Shown: piece by piece, positions 17,415 through 29,201 of the stretch
How positions within the stretch are numbered: the first letter of the stretch is position 1
How the letters are laid out: every line of letters starts with the position of its first letter
Assembly: GCA_030141605.1 (NCBI GenBank)
Contig: JAQGDQ010000081.1
Location: 558,001 to 622,000 of the forward strand
Length of the DNA: 64,000 bases
DNA from: Tubiluchus corallicola
Taxonomy: Eukaryota; Animalia; Priapulida
Reading direction: 5' to 3'
Translations under genes and position numbers: made by a program
The notes under the pieces: model-generated
Told to the model about the DNA's origin: nothing
Seen by the model: only the letters and a program-made list of their open reading frames with translations
Databases searched by the model: none

Positions 17415-18723
17415 TGTTGCGGAGCCCTCCCCTGGTGGCTGCCAGGGGGTCGAGGGCCGCAAAGACGGCTGAGCAGTCAGCCTTCGTTGGCGGGCTTTGC
17501 ATTCTAATTTTAACGCTAAATGCAACCCGGCTTCTCTGTTATTCCATAAGTTTATCTGCTTAAGTAGTTCAAACTGAGCTCGATAGCTTTCCCAGGTTAC
17601 TGTTTCACCATCATAAGGCAGCAGCCCTTTAAACTCTTTATTAGCAACCCCACTCGTGCAAGAATTATTATAAGCTGTTTGCAAAGGTAAAAACGAATTA
17701 GTTTGTTCCATTGCTGTGCCGCTGGACAAGTGAGAATCGAACCTAGATGTGGAAATATCAGGGTCATTTCGCGAAAGGTCATTGTCGCTCTGAGCTTGAA
17801 AGCGAACGCGCGTAACCGGTTCAGTAGGGTTTTTTGGCACTGTAGCCGGTTCTGCATTTTGACGCTGGGAATGCGCATATTCTGTAGTAATGAATGAACC
17901 ATTACGTTCAGGATCATTACCGTTGCAGGTGAGAACCGTAGCCGGTTCCCTAACCAGTGTAAGGCCAGGTTCAGGCCCCACTGGGCCGCGACGCTCCGAA
18001 AAGTTAGGTGCGATCTGAGAAAAAGCCTGTGTAAGTGTTGCGACTACACTTGACAGGTCTTCTAAACGGGCTTCATTCCGCATTTGATTTTGAGCTATAA
18101 CATTATTAAGCTCAGAAAATTGTGAAAACTGATTATTTATGCGCGTAGACAAGTTTTGCATTTCTCGCGAAATAAAATTTAGGTTGCTCAGGTCTGTAGA
18201 ACGAGATAGGCCTGAGTCTTGGTTTTGAAAGTTAGCGTGACCAAAGACACCGGACGTGGAACAGACGAAGGTAAATAGGCCACTTGGCTAGGCTGGCTAG
18301 CTAGGTTTGCCAAATTAACAGAAGAAGCAGAACACGAATCTAAGTAATCAGCCCAAGAAGCAGTTTCTAGACATGCACTTAGACTTGTCCTTTCGACCGA
18401 CTGTGAATTCTTATCCCCAACTTCGACACCAGTGTTGCGGAGCCCTCCCCTCGGGGCTGCCAGGGGGTCGAGGGCCGCGAAGACGGCTGAGCAGTCAGCT
18501 TCCGTTGGCGCGCTTTGCATTCTACTAGGACAGAGTGCAGAGAAAGAAATACATAAGATAATAATCAGGTTCAAACTACGCCGTACCTACCCCAAACGAC
18601 AATCCTGTTAAGCACTGAAAAGAGCAGCACACATGGTGGACGTGAGAGCACGACAGAGACGTAGTAACCTACGTGCTCGCCGCTTTTATAGCAAGTGACT
18701 TTGCGCTAAGCGTGGCCGCAACA
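17415..18723 (-). mobile_element. Internally deleted Gypsy/Ty3-type LTR retrotransposon (5' LTR, PBS, partial gag, partial 3' LTR)
   Basis: Complete LTR 18433-18723 with termini TGTTGCGG...CCGCAACA; partial LTR copy 17415-~17506; 4-bp TSD GTAT on both sides; PBS-like TGGTGTCGAAGTTGGGG 1 nt inside the 5' LTR on the minus strand; gag-like peptide LLPYDGETVTWESYRAQFELLKQINLWNNREAGLHLALKL in ORF 17325-18161; no pol. Confidence 0.88.
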
Positions 18724-19771
18724 GTATGTTCTACTTTACCCTAGTAATAACACGTAACGTAACGTGATAATGTGATCTGATAATGTAATAATGAATAATA
18801 AGAGTGCATAAAATATGTGTACGCATTTTAACAATATTCATTTTATACTTGTTAACATGGTTCACCTTAAAATAAATGAAAACTGCTTTTTTCGGATTTT
18901 CTACAAATACAACTACGTGCAGTCTAATATAGTAAGAAATAGCTAAAGTTGCCTTAAAGAAATTCAGTCCTCGTGACGTACGGTAGCAAACTAATTCACA
19001 TACCTGTCAGAATCAGCGGCGTAACTAATAGGGGAGCAAGGGGAGTAACCGCTTCCCGAGCACATTTTTCAAAATTGGCACCTTTTCAACAATGGAGTCA
19101 TTAGGTCAAGTTCATTTAAACACACTCCCGTGAATTTTTAAATGAGTGTGCACTTTCGCTACTCATTTGTCAAGGTTGTCTGATTTAACCAAGGATCAAA
19201 TTGCCTCAAATCTAATTATTATAATCTTGTCACGCGTTATATATTGTGTACAAATGTGTACAAGCAGGTCAGAAGCATATGTATTGCAAAAGCAAATTTC
19301 AGTATCTTTATTATGATGGTGTTATATCACGACTTGACAATTTTAATCGCATTAATAATAACATTGCAACTATAACAATCAAGAAACCACTAAAGTTCAC
19401 AAAGTAAATCTATCTTTACGTTACATACGTGTTACAATCTAGCTGTAGCCTTTTTAAATCTAATTGCCAACCATTGATCCTCACCTGGTTATGCACTAAT
19501 TTAAAACTGAGGATCAATTACTCGGTCGGTCGGTTAATTAATCAATCAAACAAACAATTATCCAACCCAGTCAATTTAATTTCTAGATTTTAAATTCTTT
19601 GCAGCGAGGTAGTAGCGTGTATCAAATTCGAGTACATGTTAATTATAACAAGCCTTTTTCAGATATTTTACAAAATTAATTTGCATAAAACTTGTGCCTT
19701 TTATTGCAATGTATTTAGCAATACGGCAAACTGCAGCCAATAACAGGTCTCTTGCACCATCCGTGGCATTA

Positions 19772-22196
19772 TTATCCACGTCGACCGCCTCTGCGGCGGC
19801 CTCCTCTCAAATCAGAAAATCTTCTGAAGTCGAACCGAGGGCGATGAAAGCGTCTAGGAGATCCACGGTTGAAGTTGCCGTTGCTGTCGTTCCCGTCAAC
19901 GGCAACTACCATTACCTAAGCAGAAGAAATAATGAACGCGTGTTCAGACAAAGTCGGTTTTTATTTTATTTTATTTTTATGCAGGGCTGGATTACCGTAT
20001 TGGCTAGTATAGGCTGCAGACTAGGGCCCCTCAAGCTTGGGGGAGGCGTACTTTGCATTGCTGAACAACTCACATAACCTAAAACAAAATTTCAACTTTA
20101 AAAAGAGCCAAGAGCCCTGAAAATCCTATTTTAAAGTGGTTCCTCATTTGAGATAAAGGATCCCTGTTTGAGGCCCTTTATTTAAGATGAGGGCCCTCTT
20201 TAAAGCGCTTTATTTAAAATATGGGGCCCACAGCTATCCAAATGTTGCTGAAATGAATATATCACAAGCGGAAAATATTCCAAACAAGTTCGAGCTTATT
20301 AGAGAGTGGCTCTGTCTGAGGGGTCCATTAATTTCATTAGCCTTTATTATTTTTAGTTATTTACACTGTTCCACACAAAATACAGGATAAAATACACAAA
20401 AAATCGTTTTTAAATACTGCTCAGCTATAAGATGAAAATACAACTAGCAGGCCATGGCGCTTAGCCTATACTATGCAGAGGGAGTATGATGAGTTTAGTA
20501 AAGTTTAAATTACGGTCGTGGTGTGCAATTTAAGTCCATCAAATTGAATGCGTTATAGAGTAAATATTCTGTTTGCTTTTTAGTTATTTACACTGTTCCA
20601 CATAAAATACAGGATAAAATACACAAAAAATCGTTTTTAAATACTGCTCAGCTATAAGATGAAAATACAACTAGCAGGCCATAGCGCTTAGCCTATACTA
20701 TGCAGAGGAGGTATGATGAGTTTAGTGAAGTTTAGTCGTGGTGTGTAATTTAAGTCCATCAAGTTGAATGCGTTGTAGAGTAAATATTCTGCGTGCTGTT
20801 GTGTTTTGTAATCCGAAATCTTCAGTATCTCACTGAAGATTGTCAATTGAAGTCTAAATTAACCTGTTAAAATGGTTTATTTTTACGACAATCTCTTTAT
20901 CTTCGTAGATAAAATCATTGCAAAAAACAGGATGCGATAAAATTCGGCAATTAAAGCAACATCCCTGATGGTAACAACTAACAAGTGGACTAAACTTTCG
21001 AGAAAAAACCTTAAACACAATAATTTAATAATTTCAAAATTCAAGTAAAAACAAAATTCATGAGATAAGGCGAATAACGCAACTTTTGTCATTTTAAGTT
21101 TAAAGCTAAATAATTAAGTTAGGTGCACTATCTATTTCATTTCAGTGTTTATTATAGACTATGTCTTTAAGCCATATAGATGAATCCTTCGCAAGCCATG
21201 TAAATAAGTTTCTAGCAAGGGACGACAAACAAACGGGAGTTAATTTTCCGATCGTTTTAAATTAGCGAATTTTTAGGCATTACACCCTCTTCTGATTGCT
21301 AAAGACCATCTAATTTATTTAAAATCGCAAACTGGAACAGATTTGCACAGCCATCCGTGAATAAGTTGCAAAATTGTACAATTATTCTATTTGCTTTAGT
21401 TTTAAACTGCAAACTAGCTTTAGACTTTCCATGGGACTAACTTCCAGCAAATATAATCCTTGGCAACTTCTTAGAATCCTTGTAGAGTTGGAATTGTACA
21501 AGGTCTATCTGGGAGTAGCAGGTGAAAAATTCCAAAATTGCTCGGTATTTGCTTATTGTCGGAAAACAGTGTAAAAAACGTCCTAGCTTCGCTGGTTTGG
21601 GGTCTTGGAGAGATATTTATAATACCTCTCTGGAAAGAGTTAAACTGGGTTATACAACAAAGTGAGTCTAGCAGTAAGTAAATAATAGTTTATTTAAGGA
21701 CGGAATATCAACAATAAAACACGAATCATGGACTCCTTACAAACTCCAGTAAAACAAACAAACAAAATACACAGGAAAACACAGAACAAATTCTTTTTCT
21801 TTTACAAAAGCTTCTAACTTGATAAAGGTTATGAGTTAATCTGGGGGAGGGAGCGGTTTTCTTGGCGACCATGAAATTATAGAGAAATTTGCTCAGTAAC
21901 TGATGTGTAGTAGCGCCAATGTTTTAGAAACTTTTTAAGATACAGCTTTGACTATTATAGTTCTGTTTATGATTATGATTCTGCATGGCTCAGGTTCCTT
22001 AGAAACAAATCAGCTCTGCTATTAACGTACCGGTGCCGGGTTTAGAATTAGTAATTTGCTTTCGATCGGTTCTGGAATGGAAAATGCTTCACTGAAACAA
22101 TAAACAATTTAACTACAATATAACAAACAAAAGTAATTTTATTAATACCGTGGCCATAACAAGAGCTGCAAACATGAACACCACCGAAAGCTTCAT
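19772..22196 (-). CDS. Secreted Arg/Gly/Phe-rich cationic peptide precursor, paralogue A (63 aa); candidate antimicrobial peptide
   Basis: Exon 22196-22149 (MKLSVVFMFAALVMAT, GT donor, acceptor at 22219-20) spliced in phase 0 to exon 19915-19772 (acceptor TTCTTCTGCTTAG; VMVVAVDG-NDSNGNFNRGSPRRFHRPRFDFRRFSDLRGGRRRGGRRG*); AATAAA on minus strand at 19705-19700. Confidence 0.8.
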
Positions 22197-23329
22197 TTTT
22201 TATATTCCTGGCGTGAATCTGTAACAAAAAATGCGGTGTTTTTCTCAGTGTAGGCAAAAATGGCTAGACTGTTGTTTTTTCTGTTTGTTAATAGATCACA
22301 AGCTAGCTAGAGTGCTTGAAGTGTTTTAACTGTCTTGAATATACTATTCTACCCTCACTCTAATCAGATTTGTTAGGGAAAAACAAAATGATTTTGCGGA
22401 CAGTGATTTATACCATTTCTACTTCAAACGTGTAAAAGAAGAAGCGGTTTCAAGTGTGCAAAATGTGATTTAAAAAACACAAAATCAAAAATTCAAAGTA
22501 TGGAATGTAATTTCAAACGTGAATGTGAATTCAAAGTGGAAAAGGTGATTTTAAATGTGCAAAATATGATTTTCGAAAGCGCAAAATATAAAATGTAGCG
22601 CTCACCATAAATATAACACGTTTGACAATTATCGTTTTCATCAAATTGTTGTTGCTGTTAACTTTTGTCTTTGTTGACAACTTTTTGAAGTAACATTGCA
22701 AAAATAAAAATTACCTCTAGAAATTCAACTCTTCTTCTCACGCAGAATCGTGGAAATGGTAATAGCTGCCTCTAAGACGTGTACACCACTGTAATTTCAA
22801 AAAATTTTATTGTTTTTATTACTGCGTAAAAACTTCCAAATCGCTTAATTTTAGGCGTGGTTTTATTTTGATAAAAGATCGTCTTGCGCAATTTCATCCA
22901 CATGAAACAGGAAACAGGAAACTGGGTAAACAGGATAGATTATCCGATTCCAGGTATCCAGGCAAACTTATCCAGGTAATAAAGCGTTGCCTAGAAAACC
23001 AACGTTACATGTTTCAATAATTTTTGGAGAGGTATTGTAAAATTGTTACAAAAGTATAGACGCTTTTTGTATGTGCTGTAAATATTACGTCTGTAATTTA
23101 AAGGTGTCTGTAATTTCCGTTAGTTCAATAGTTATTTTAGTACACATAGACATTTTTTAGAATTAGACATTTTTATTTATCTCTCTCTTAACACCAGAAT
23201 TACAAGATAGACAATAAGTGCTATAGTTAATTGACAATGTATAAATAAAAGAAAGTGTCAGGGGTTGTAGGAGAAAGGTAGCGAAGAACCAATTGGTCAT
23301 CAAAGTCAGCTACTCTTCTCAGATTAATG

Positions 23330-24010
23330 TAAATTATGAAAAATTTCATCGCGCTGCTGTATTATTATTATAATTATAGAGTAGAAGAAAAATCACTGTT
23401 ACTGAAAAATGTAGGGGAAGCAAATTATGTATGAAAGATGAGGTAACTAAATAACTAAATAGACTGCATGATAAGGAAACAATATAATAGAATGAAAATA
23501 TGCAATGTTACTCAACCAAATCTGTAAATTACATAACTAACTTATTAAACTATAAAACAACGAATCCAAATCAGATCAAACCAAAGAAGAAATAATTATA
23601 ATTGAAGAATCAATAATGGAGAACAAAATATGCATGATGAAAGAAACGAATATATGGCAACACCAGAACTGCAGTAGCACATTATGACATAACAGCAAAA
23701 CAAGCTAGAGGCATTATAAACTAAGGCACTTAAAATAAGTGTTGCATAGAATTTTTATATGTATAACATACAGCTATCAGCAATTTAAACACTGAAGTTG
23801 GTAGATGGTCGAGAACTCCTTTGGAAAATAGACTTCGTTCATGTGGCCAAATACAAGACAAGGAGCATATTTTGCTAAAATGTCATAGAACGAGTCATTT
23901 CAGAACTGAGTTTAGCTTTAATAATATTGCTAATACACGATACAAGGAATTTGGAAGATCATAAAAATTGTGTGCATTTGCTTATTGTGCAATAAAAGAA
24001 TGCTAAGGGA
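23330..24010 (+). mobile_element. Decayed LINE 3' fragment (copy A; duplicate at ~33210-33885)
   Basis: Translation NTEVGRWSRTPLENRLRSCGQIQDKEHILLKC resembles the C-terminal E.GRW..R.C..C..EDE.H.LL.C motif of non-LTR ORF2; boundaries approximate. Confidence 0.6.
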
Positions 24011-24586
24011 TACGAGATGCAATTATGTTTGTATCGCCCGATAACTACAATATAATGGTTGGCTCAACTAATTTTCTTGTTATTTGTATAAGGTGTAATT
24101 TGAATTTTCTTTTCGCTTGGGAACAATGTTACTTGGAATGAACTGTTTTTATGGACTATTTGTTTCGCCACAGACTCGCTGTAACTTTTATGCAGTTGCA
24201 ATAAATGTCAATAAATATCTAATTTAATCTAATCTTGATTAATACTGATACTTTAAATATTTAATGGGATCAAATTTTCAGACCTAATAAGTGTCATCCA
24301 CACTCGAGTTTGGTTGCTTGCAGTTGTTCAAATCTCAGTCCAAACAAGCCATCTAGCACTATCACATGGAACTAGGCATTATTAATAGATGAGCTAGAAA
24401 ATGGCAATTACCAACCACTTGGGACAAGCGTAGAGCGTTCCTAATAAAAAACTTCAAAAATCAAAACCTGTCAAGGGTGCTAAGGTAACCCTTTGAGTGG
24501 TATGGCGCCGCTGTTGTTGTTGTTGAAATTGCTGCTGCTGCTGCAGCTAACCAGAATAACTGTTAATAGTTTCTGTACTAAAAAAC

Positions 24587-24752
24587 TTGTTAGTAGACTC
24601 AAAAGTTGAGAGAACAGCTATGCAGTATAACAGCACTGGTCAACTGTTAGTAGACTCAAAGGTTGAGAAAACAGTTTCACAGTATATCAGCACTGGTCAA
24701 CTGTTAGTAGACTCAAAGGTTGAGAGAACAGCTATGCAGTATAACAGTACCG
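24587..24752 (+). repeat. ~57-bp tandem repeat, three units
   Basis: TGTTAGTAGACTCAAA(A/G)GTTGAGA.AACAG...CAGCACTGGTCAAC repeated; fewer units in copy B (~34469-34560). Confidence 0.8.
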
Positions 24753-25496
24753 GTTACTTCTTTTCCTTTAAACAGTTGAAAACTGAAAGCCGAATATCAA
24801 AGTGCCAACTACTAGAGATACATGGTTGTGGCAGTACTGGTATATAGCTCATTATTAAGGATACTTAACTAACATGACACACAAAACCGGTGTGTCTTAG
24901 TTATTATCAAAAGCTCATACATCTTCCCTTAACAATAGAAACAATAAATATTGAATAGGGACAGAAAAGCATACATGAAATTAATAAAAAATAGTTTTTT
25001 CGGCAATCCACTTACTAGCCAGGCTTAACTGTCATGAGAAACATTGCAAAAGTAAATAGAAATTTAGAAAACACACTCCGAAAATATCAAGATAATGCAC
25101 TAGGTGCCTTATCATTATATCATACAAAGACTAACAGAAATGTGAACAAATATATCAATCGTTAAGGATGTTAAAAATGATGTTCAAGAATGATACTGAT
25201 AAATACTAAATAATGCAAAATACCATTAAGCACAATGGCATCAATAACAGTAACAAATACAAAACAGCATAACTGACTTTTGCATAAATGGTTACAGCCC
25301 TTGTTTATTTAGCGTATTAAGCACTTATTATTCCAACTTTATTAAACATTTAAATAATAGACTACAAATGTACAATGTTATGTGAAGGAAAAAACGAAAA
25401 ATTAACAAATTTGCAACTGTTTTACACAAATGATGCAAATGAAACCTTTACAGGTGCCACTGAATATTGTAAAATATGTTTTAAATATTCAAATAA

Positions 25497-25707
<211 letters not shown>

Positions 25708-28700
25708 CTATAGAAGCCAAAAGGGTATTAACAAATTTTTGGGGTATCTTAGGGTATCTTAGAGTATTAACAAATTCTACTTACATATGCACAATCCAAA
25801 ATTCCAGTTAAACTCATATAAACGACGTACAATTTAAACCAGCAAAAAGTGCAAGCTAAATTTTTGTGAATTCAGTTGCAATGTCTTGTTGGCGAAGTGA
25901 TACCTTTGTGACACAGCATTACATAAGTTACGATACAAGAACTAGTGCTCACTACTGTACTACTGGGCAGGCAACTTACCTATAGATGTAAAAAGAGCAT
26001 TGCAATAATTTTACAGTACAATCGCATTGTTAGTTGCCATAGCCATAGCAAACGTAGACTAAAAAGGGAAAACTTCTGTAACAATTAGCACAATACATTT
26101 ATGTGTGTAGAAAGTCCGTAATAAATAGCCACTGCCATTGATTAGCTGATCATTAGCATGTGTGCTAGGATGGCCAACTACTAGCACACGCCTTGTCTGC
26201 TAATTGCTTCCTCGTTCGGTTTACAATACACAATGCTACCTAAATCACAATATAGGATCAACACTACTGCAAGTAATAATCTTAACAAACTCGCAAAGAG
26301 TGTCAACTCGCAAAGAAAACTATCTGCTGGTCACCGGCACCACGTTGTCGCTGCTTATTTTATGCAAACGATTTATTTCATTAATTCACATGCTTTAAGA
26401 CAATTAATTTATGATCGATTAATTGCCCGACTCCGAGAGCTTAGGTTTGATCGATAGGGCAATGATGATTTCCCACACGACCTCGAACCACGAAATACGC
26501 GTTGTGAAATAGATCTTTATCTCTCGAGTTATCAAGCTAGCTTCCGCAATAAGCCTTTTCAATGTGAATTCTCTAGGTTCGTAAAGCAGATAGCGTCTTT
26601 AACGAGAATGCACTTACAATTACTTCTAATTCAGCAATGTAATTCATCACAGCAATAACAGTGATAATAGCTTTTATTAAACAATTTCCAAAGCAGTTAA
26701 GAAAGTTACGGTTCGATACTTTTACAAATAATTAACTTATGCGCTTGTGGGTGCTCACAACTAGAAGAGGTATATCGCAAATGATATACCGATCAATATT
26801 CAAAATGCTAAACTGCTACGCTCAAAACTTCTTCTACACAAAATGCAAGTTATTACAATTAAGTTGATCCGTTATCGAAACTAAGATCATCGGAAGATTA
26901 CTTAACTTGCGGCCTGGCCAATCTAACAACGGTAATTGGCCAGATCCAGATTCCTAGTAGAGACTAAATATCAGAGGTTTGATAGACAAACGACGTAGAA
27001 TTCTTCTCCACGCTGAGCTATAGAAAATGCCTCTTCTTCAAGAACGTCTCTCTGGTAGACCTCGCAGCTCTCTCAGCTGCTTGCGTTCAGCAACCCAATC
27101 GTCAAAAACCACCCGAAAGCTCTCTGCACTGGCTTTTGAATCGAAGGTCACGTGACATGACATTCATCAGTGACACGTTAAGAGCTACTTGGCTGATCAT
27201 CCAAGTTGGTACCCATTGATTCTGGTGGTACTCAATGATTCAGAGAGGACAGCGATTTATTGTACTTGTGCTGATGGCATATAGCCTGCGTCTCTGGGCT
27301 AATTATTAACAGAACGGTGACAGTCACCTACCACTAGTTTGGCTTAAAACAATAGAGCTTTTGACCACTGGCTATTGAATTCGGAAATTAGCTCTCCGTC
27401 GTACCAGTGTACTCCTAGCTAATGTGGGCTAATGATTCTTCCTGACTGTCAAAGTTCATTTGTCGTTACATGTCTACCGAATTTATTTAATATCTCAAAT
27501 CTTTGCAATCTATCAACCTCTGATCCTTTACGCATTAAATTCAAGGTACAAGCTGAGTGAGTCATTATGGTTGAACTGTATAATCTTCGTTCAAGATTGT
27601 AATTAACCTAATTCCAAATTCTTATCAATTAATTTCGTATTTTAAAATAAATTCATAACAATCCCAATTAAGTTTGTCTCGGCAACTATGTCATTGCCTG
27701 CCTTTTTATGTGTGTCTAATGCCATGACACCTAGGTTACCCTATATGGCTAATAACGTAAAATAATAGTCACATAAACTGGTTGCCATGGTTACTGTTTA
27801 CCTCAGCAACGGCACTGATAACTAAGTTAGATTTGGAAAATACTTTTAGAAGACTTAGCTTTTATTATTTACGTGAATAAAGGAGCGACAATAGATTTGA
27901 ACATGGAGAAGAGGCAGCAGTTGCTATGGTGATGATGTAATGATTGTTTACCTTAGCAACTGTATAACATCAGCTGTACTACATGGCATTAAACGCACAT
28001 TGCATGATCTGGTTTTCAAATTTCTATGTATAAGTTAGCCTGTGCATAGTCGATACAGTTTTTTACATGATTTTCTTGGAACTTGCATTTAGCACAAAAA
28101 GCGATTGTAATAAGAATTCCATCTGAAATAAATACATAAACACGTTACCTAGCATGCAACTTCAACTGATGATCAGGCTGGCTGTCCTGCACTAGTTGTT
28201 CGTAAGAGTCTTCTTTTTGTTACTTTTCTCATTTTTGACGTTTGAGCAAATTTCTTCGTCAACCTGCACTAACATGGCGTTTGGTGTTTAACCCTGAAAA
28301 TTAGCACAGCCACCTATGCAGTATGCACTCTATATCATCTGGTATAGTTAAAAACTGGCTGCCAGACTGGGCGAACAAACTCATTTTCCTGGCCTTGTTT
28401 TGTGTTTAGGTTTCCGGATTAAAAAAATCTTACTCACGTGTACTGTGAAAAAAATACTTTTTACGTGGACCAAATAAAGACATTCCTGTCGCGGTCATTT
28501 CTTAGTAATTGTGACTAACACATTATAACCCTTGCATTGCCATGCATCATAACAGCAGCAAATTTTGTATATGGATTGTGGGATTTTATATAAAAACGCT
28601 TCATTCTCGGTTATCAGGAGTTTCATAGTAATAAGAAGATTAAAATGTTTTCTGTGTTTAAAGTAAAAGTTTGCATATTAACGAGCTTGTGGTTGGAGGG

Positions 28701-28779
28701 ACTGTACTTACGTCTACACTCCCATCCTTTTTTATTGTTAGTAATCGTAAATTCGTTATGTAGTGTATCAGACAAGCAA

Positions 28780-29200
28780 TATATCATGCATTTATAAAGT
28801 CGATTTTTAATTTTTGTCCACTTGTGTGGAAGCATTGTAGTGCGAGGAATTAGAGTAAAATAGAAAATGTCCATTACAGGCAGCTTAGGTTTGTTTATAT
28901 AGATTTTAACAGTTCATACGAGGACCTACGAACGATCCGTGATACTAGCTCATTAAATCTACAATGGTTAAGGCTTAAGGTCTTGGAAACTTATAAAATA
29001 CATAATGGTGACTGTCCGTCATATATGTTACAACTCATTAAAAGGAATAAGTATATAGTTTTAGATACACAAGAATGTATAATTTTCGGAGCTTCAGTGT
29101 AGAAATTTTGAATAGATTACCTGAGCGCATGAGAATTGGTTCAAATGGTCATTTTAATGTTTTTAAGAAACTTTTACTGACATGGAATGGAGAGTCTTGA
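28780..29200 (+). mobile_element. Decayed L2/CR1-group LINE 3' fragment ending at the duplication junction
   Basis: Translations SKIENVHYRQLRFVY, SSYEDLRTIRDTSSLNLQWLRLKVLETYKIHNGDCPSYM and ILNRLPERMR..FKKLLLTWNG resemble the ORF2 C-terminus of L2-like elements. Confidence 0.55.
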
Positions 29201-29201
29201 A

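Noticed and set aside
18188-18574. 128-aa ORF with hydrophobic N-terminus
   Set aside because: Spans the LTR, PBS and leader of the retroelement; TTG start
19694-20077. Plus-strand ORF MPFIAMYLAIRQ... (duplicate 30132-30533) and minus ORF 30077-30355
   Set aside because: Non-ATG starts; antisense or wrong-frame shadows of the cationic-peptide exon, whose frame has splice sites, a signal peptide and a poly(A) signal
24587-24847. Repeat array resembling CRISPR or a repeat-protein ORF
   Set aside because: Simple head-to-tail ~57-bp tandem repeat without unique spacers, in eukaryotic DNA with no cas genes
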